DNA of 44,117 nt from a virus (taxonomy: Duplodnaviria > Caudoviricetes), in the IMG/VR virus record IMGVR_UViG_3300037467_001781, positions 1-44,117 of that record. One strand, written 5' to 3'. Positions 42,600 through 44,117 of the stretch are shown piece after piece. Position 1 is the stretch's first letter; every line of letters starts with the position of its first letter. A model generated the notes under the pieces. That model ran no database searches. It was not told the DNA's origin and worked only from the letters and a program-made list of their open reading frames with translations. The position numbers and the translations under genes were made by a program.

Positions 42600-44117
42600 T
42601 GCTGCTAGACTTCGAAACCCGCCATGTGCAGGCCGATTATCCGCCGCTGATCATGGACAGCTTTGCCGGCGGCGGCGGCGCATCGACCGGCATCGAAATG
42701 GCGCTCGGCCGTTCGCCCGACATCGCCATCAACCACAATCCGGCTGCGCTCGCCCTGCATGAGGCGAACCATCCCGAGACGCTGCATCTGTCGGAAAACG
42801 TCTACAAGGTCGACCCGCTCGACCATGTCGCAGGCAAGCATATCGGCCTCGCCTGGTTCTCGCCCGACTGCAAGCACTTCTCGAAGGCCAAGGGCGGCAA
42901 GCCGGTCGAGCGCAACATCCGCGATCTCGCCTGGATCATTCCCGGCTGGGTCGAGCGCATCCAGAGTAGCGGCGGCGCCGTCGATGTCGTGATCCTCGAA
43001 AACGTCGAAGAGTTTCAGGATTGGGGTCCGCTGGTCGAGACCGAGCGCGGCCTGATGCCGGACCCGGACAAGCGCGGCGAGACGTTCAAGGCATGGTGCA
43101 AGGCGCTGCGCCGCCTCGGCGGCAAGCTCGAATGGCGCGAGCTGCGCGCCTGCGATTATGGCGCGCCGACTATCCGCAAGCGCCTGTTCGTCATCGTGCG
43201 GTTCGACGGGCAAAGGATCGTCTGGCCGAAGCCGACGCATGGCAAGCCGGATGATTCTGACGTCATCGCCGGCCGCAAGAGGCCGTGGCGCACGGCAGCG
43301 GAAATCATGGATTTCTCGCTGCCATGTCCTTCGCTGTTCGATACCAAGGAACAGATTTGGGAGAAATTCGGCCTGCGGGCCATTCGCCCGACTGCCGACG
43401 CCACGCAAAGCCGCGTGGCGCACGGCGTTGGCCGCTTCGTTCTCAGGGCGGTGCAGAAGGGCAAGCGCCCGTTTCTGGTCAATCTTACCCATGGCGTCCG
43501 CTGCGAACCGGTCGATGCGCCGTTCAACACCATCACGGGCGCGCACCGGGGCGAAAAGGCGCTGCTGTGCCCGTCGGTCGTGCGCTTCAACACGGGCGCG
43601 ACCGGACACGACATGCGCGAGCCGCTGGCCACGGTTACAGCCAACAGCTTCAAGAAGAGACCGGGCGGCGCTGCACCGCTCGGCATCATCGCGCCGGTTC
43701 TCACATATGGCCAGCAGGGCGGCGCCAATCGCAGCGTCGAGGATCCCGCACATACCATTACGGCCAGCAGGAAAGACCAGAACGCGCTCATCGCTCCGAC
43801 GCTGGTCCAAATGGGCTATGGCGAACGCGAAGGACAAGCGCCTCGCTCGCTCGATCTTGGCGCGCCACTCGGGACTGTCGTCGCGGGTGGAGCAAAGCAT
43901 GCGGTTGTCGTGCCGACACTTGTGGGGTGCGGCGGGCGCGTCGGTCAGAGCCGGCCGCGTGGCGGCGACGAACCCGCAGCGACCATCACGGCGAAGGCCG
44001 ATATGTGCGTTGCCGCCGCCTTCGTGGCGCAGCACAACAACGACAGCCGGCGTGACGGCGGCGTCAATCCCGGCCGGCCAGCGGATGAGCCTGTCTCGAC
44101 GATCACTGCCAATCCGC
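42596..44117 (+). CDS. DNA cytosine-C5 methyltransferase, N-terminal part (about 729 aa after joining to 1-779); absent from the ORF track because it runs off the end
   Basis: MMLLDFETRHVQADYPPLIMDSFAGGGGAS (motif I), WFSPDCKHFS (IV), ILENVEEF (VI), DYGAPTIRKRLF (VIII). Confidence 0.93.
   Translation, partial: MMLLDFETRHVQADYPPLIMDSFAGGGGASTGIEMALGRSPDIAINHNPAALALHEANHPETLHLSENVYKVDPLDHVAGKHIGLAWFSPDCKHFSKAKGGKPVERNIRDLAWIIPGWVERIQSSGGAVDVVILENVEEFQDWGPLVETERGLMPDPDKRGETFKAWCKALRRLGGKLEWRELRACDYGAPTIRKRLFVIVRFDGQRIVWPKPTHGKPDDSDVIAGRKRPWRTAAEIMDFSLPCPSLFDTKEQIWEKFGLRAIRPTADATQSRVAHGVGRFVLRAVQKGKRPFLVNLTHGVRCEPVDAPFNTITGAHRGEKALLCPSVVRFNTGATGHDMREPLATVTANSFKKRPGGAAPLGIIAPVLTYGQQGGANRSVEDPAHTITASRKDQNALIAPTLVQMGYGEREGQAPRSLDLGAPLGTVVAGGAKHAVVVPTLVGCGGRVGQSRPRGGDEPAATITAKADMCVAAAFVAQHNNDSRRDGGVNPGRPADEPVSTITANP
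44007..44117. repeat. Terminal direct repeat (copy 2)
   Basis: Identical to nt 1-111. Confidence 0.95.

Overview
This window is a complete, circularly permuted genome (about 44,006 bp unique; nt 1-111 repeat exactly at 44007-44117) of a high-GC temperate siphovirus with an HK97-type head. The host is inferred to be an alphaproteobacterium, probably Rhizobiaceae-like, from GTTC-N7-GTTC LexA boxes and gene content. Gene order: replication initiator, NusG-like antiterminator, HNH/cos/terminase, HK97 head, non-contractile tail with a -1 frameshifted chaperone, two receptor-binding proteins, an antisense acyltransferase-3 moron, lysis cassette, SOS-boxed accessory gene, intact attP (tRNA 3'-end-like core), tyrosine integrase, leftward early operon, immunity region (short CI lacking a peptidase domain, Cro, five 18-bp operators), and a rightward early operon with three DNA methyltransferases. 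Most notable: (i) an early protein with 19 tandem 9-aa repeats GAATASG-XX in which only a di-residue varies; (ii) a C5 methyltransferase with nine tandem TRD-like modules; (iii) LexA-boxed small genes that may replace CI autocleavage for induction; (iv) an early gene frameshifted at a C9 tract; (v) a capsid protein with a signal-peptide-like leader. Family assignments come from motif recognition by eye, not database searches.
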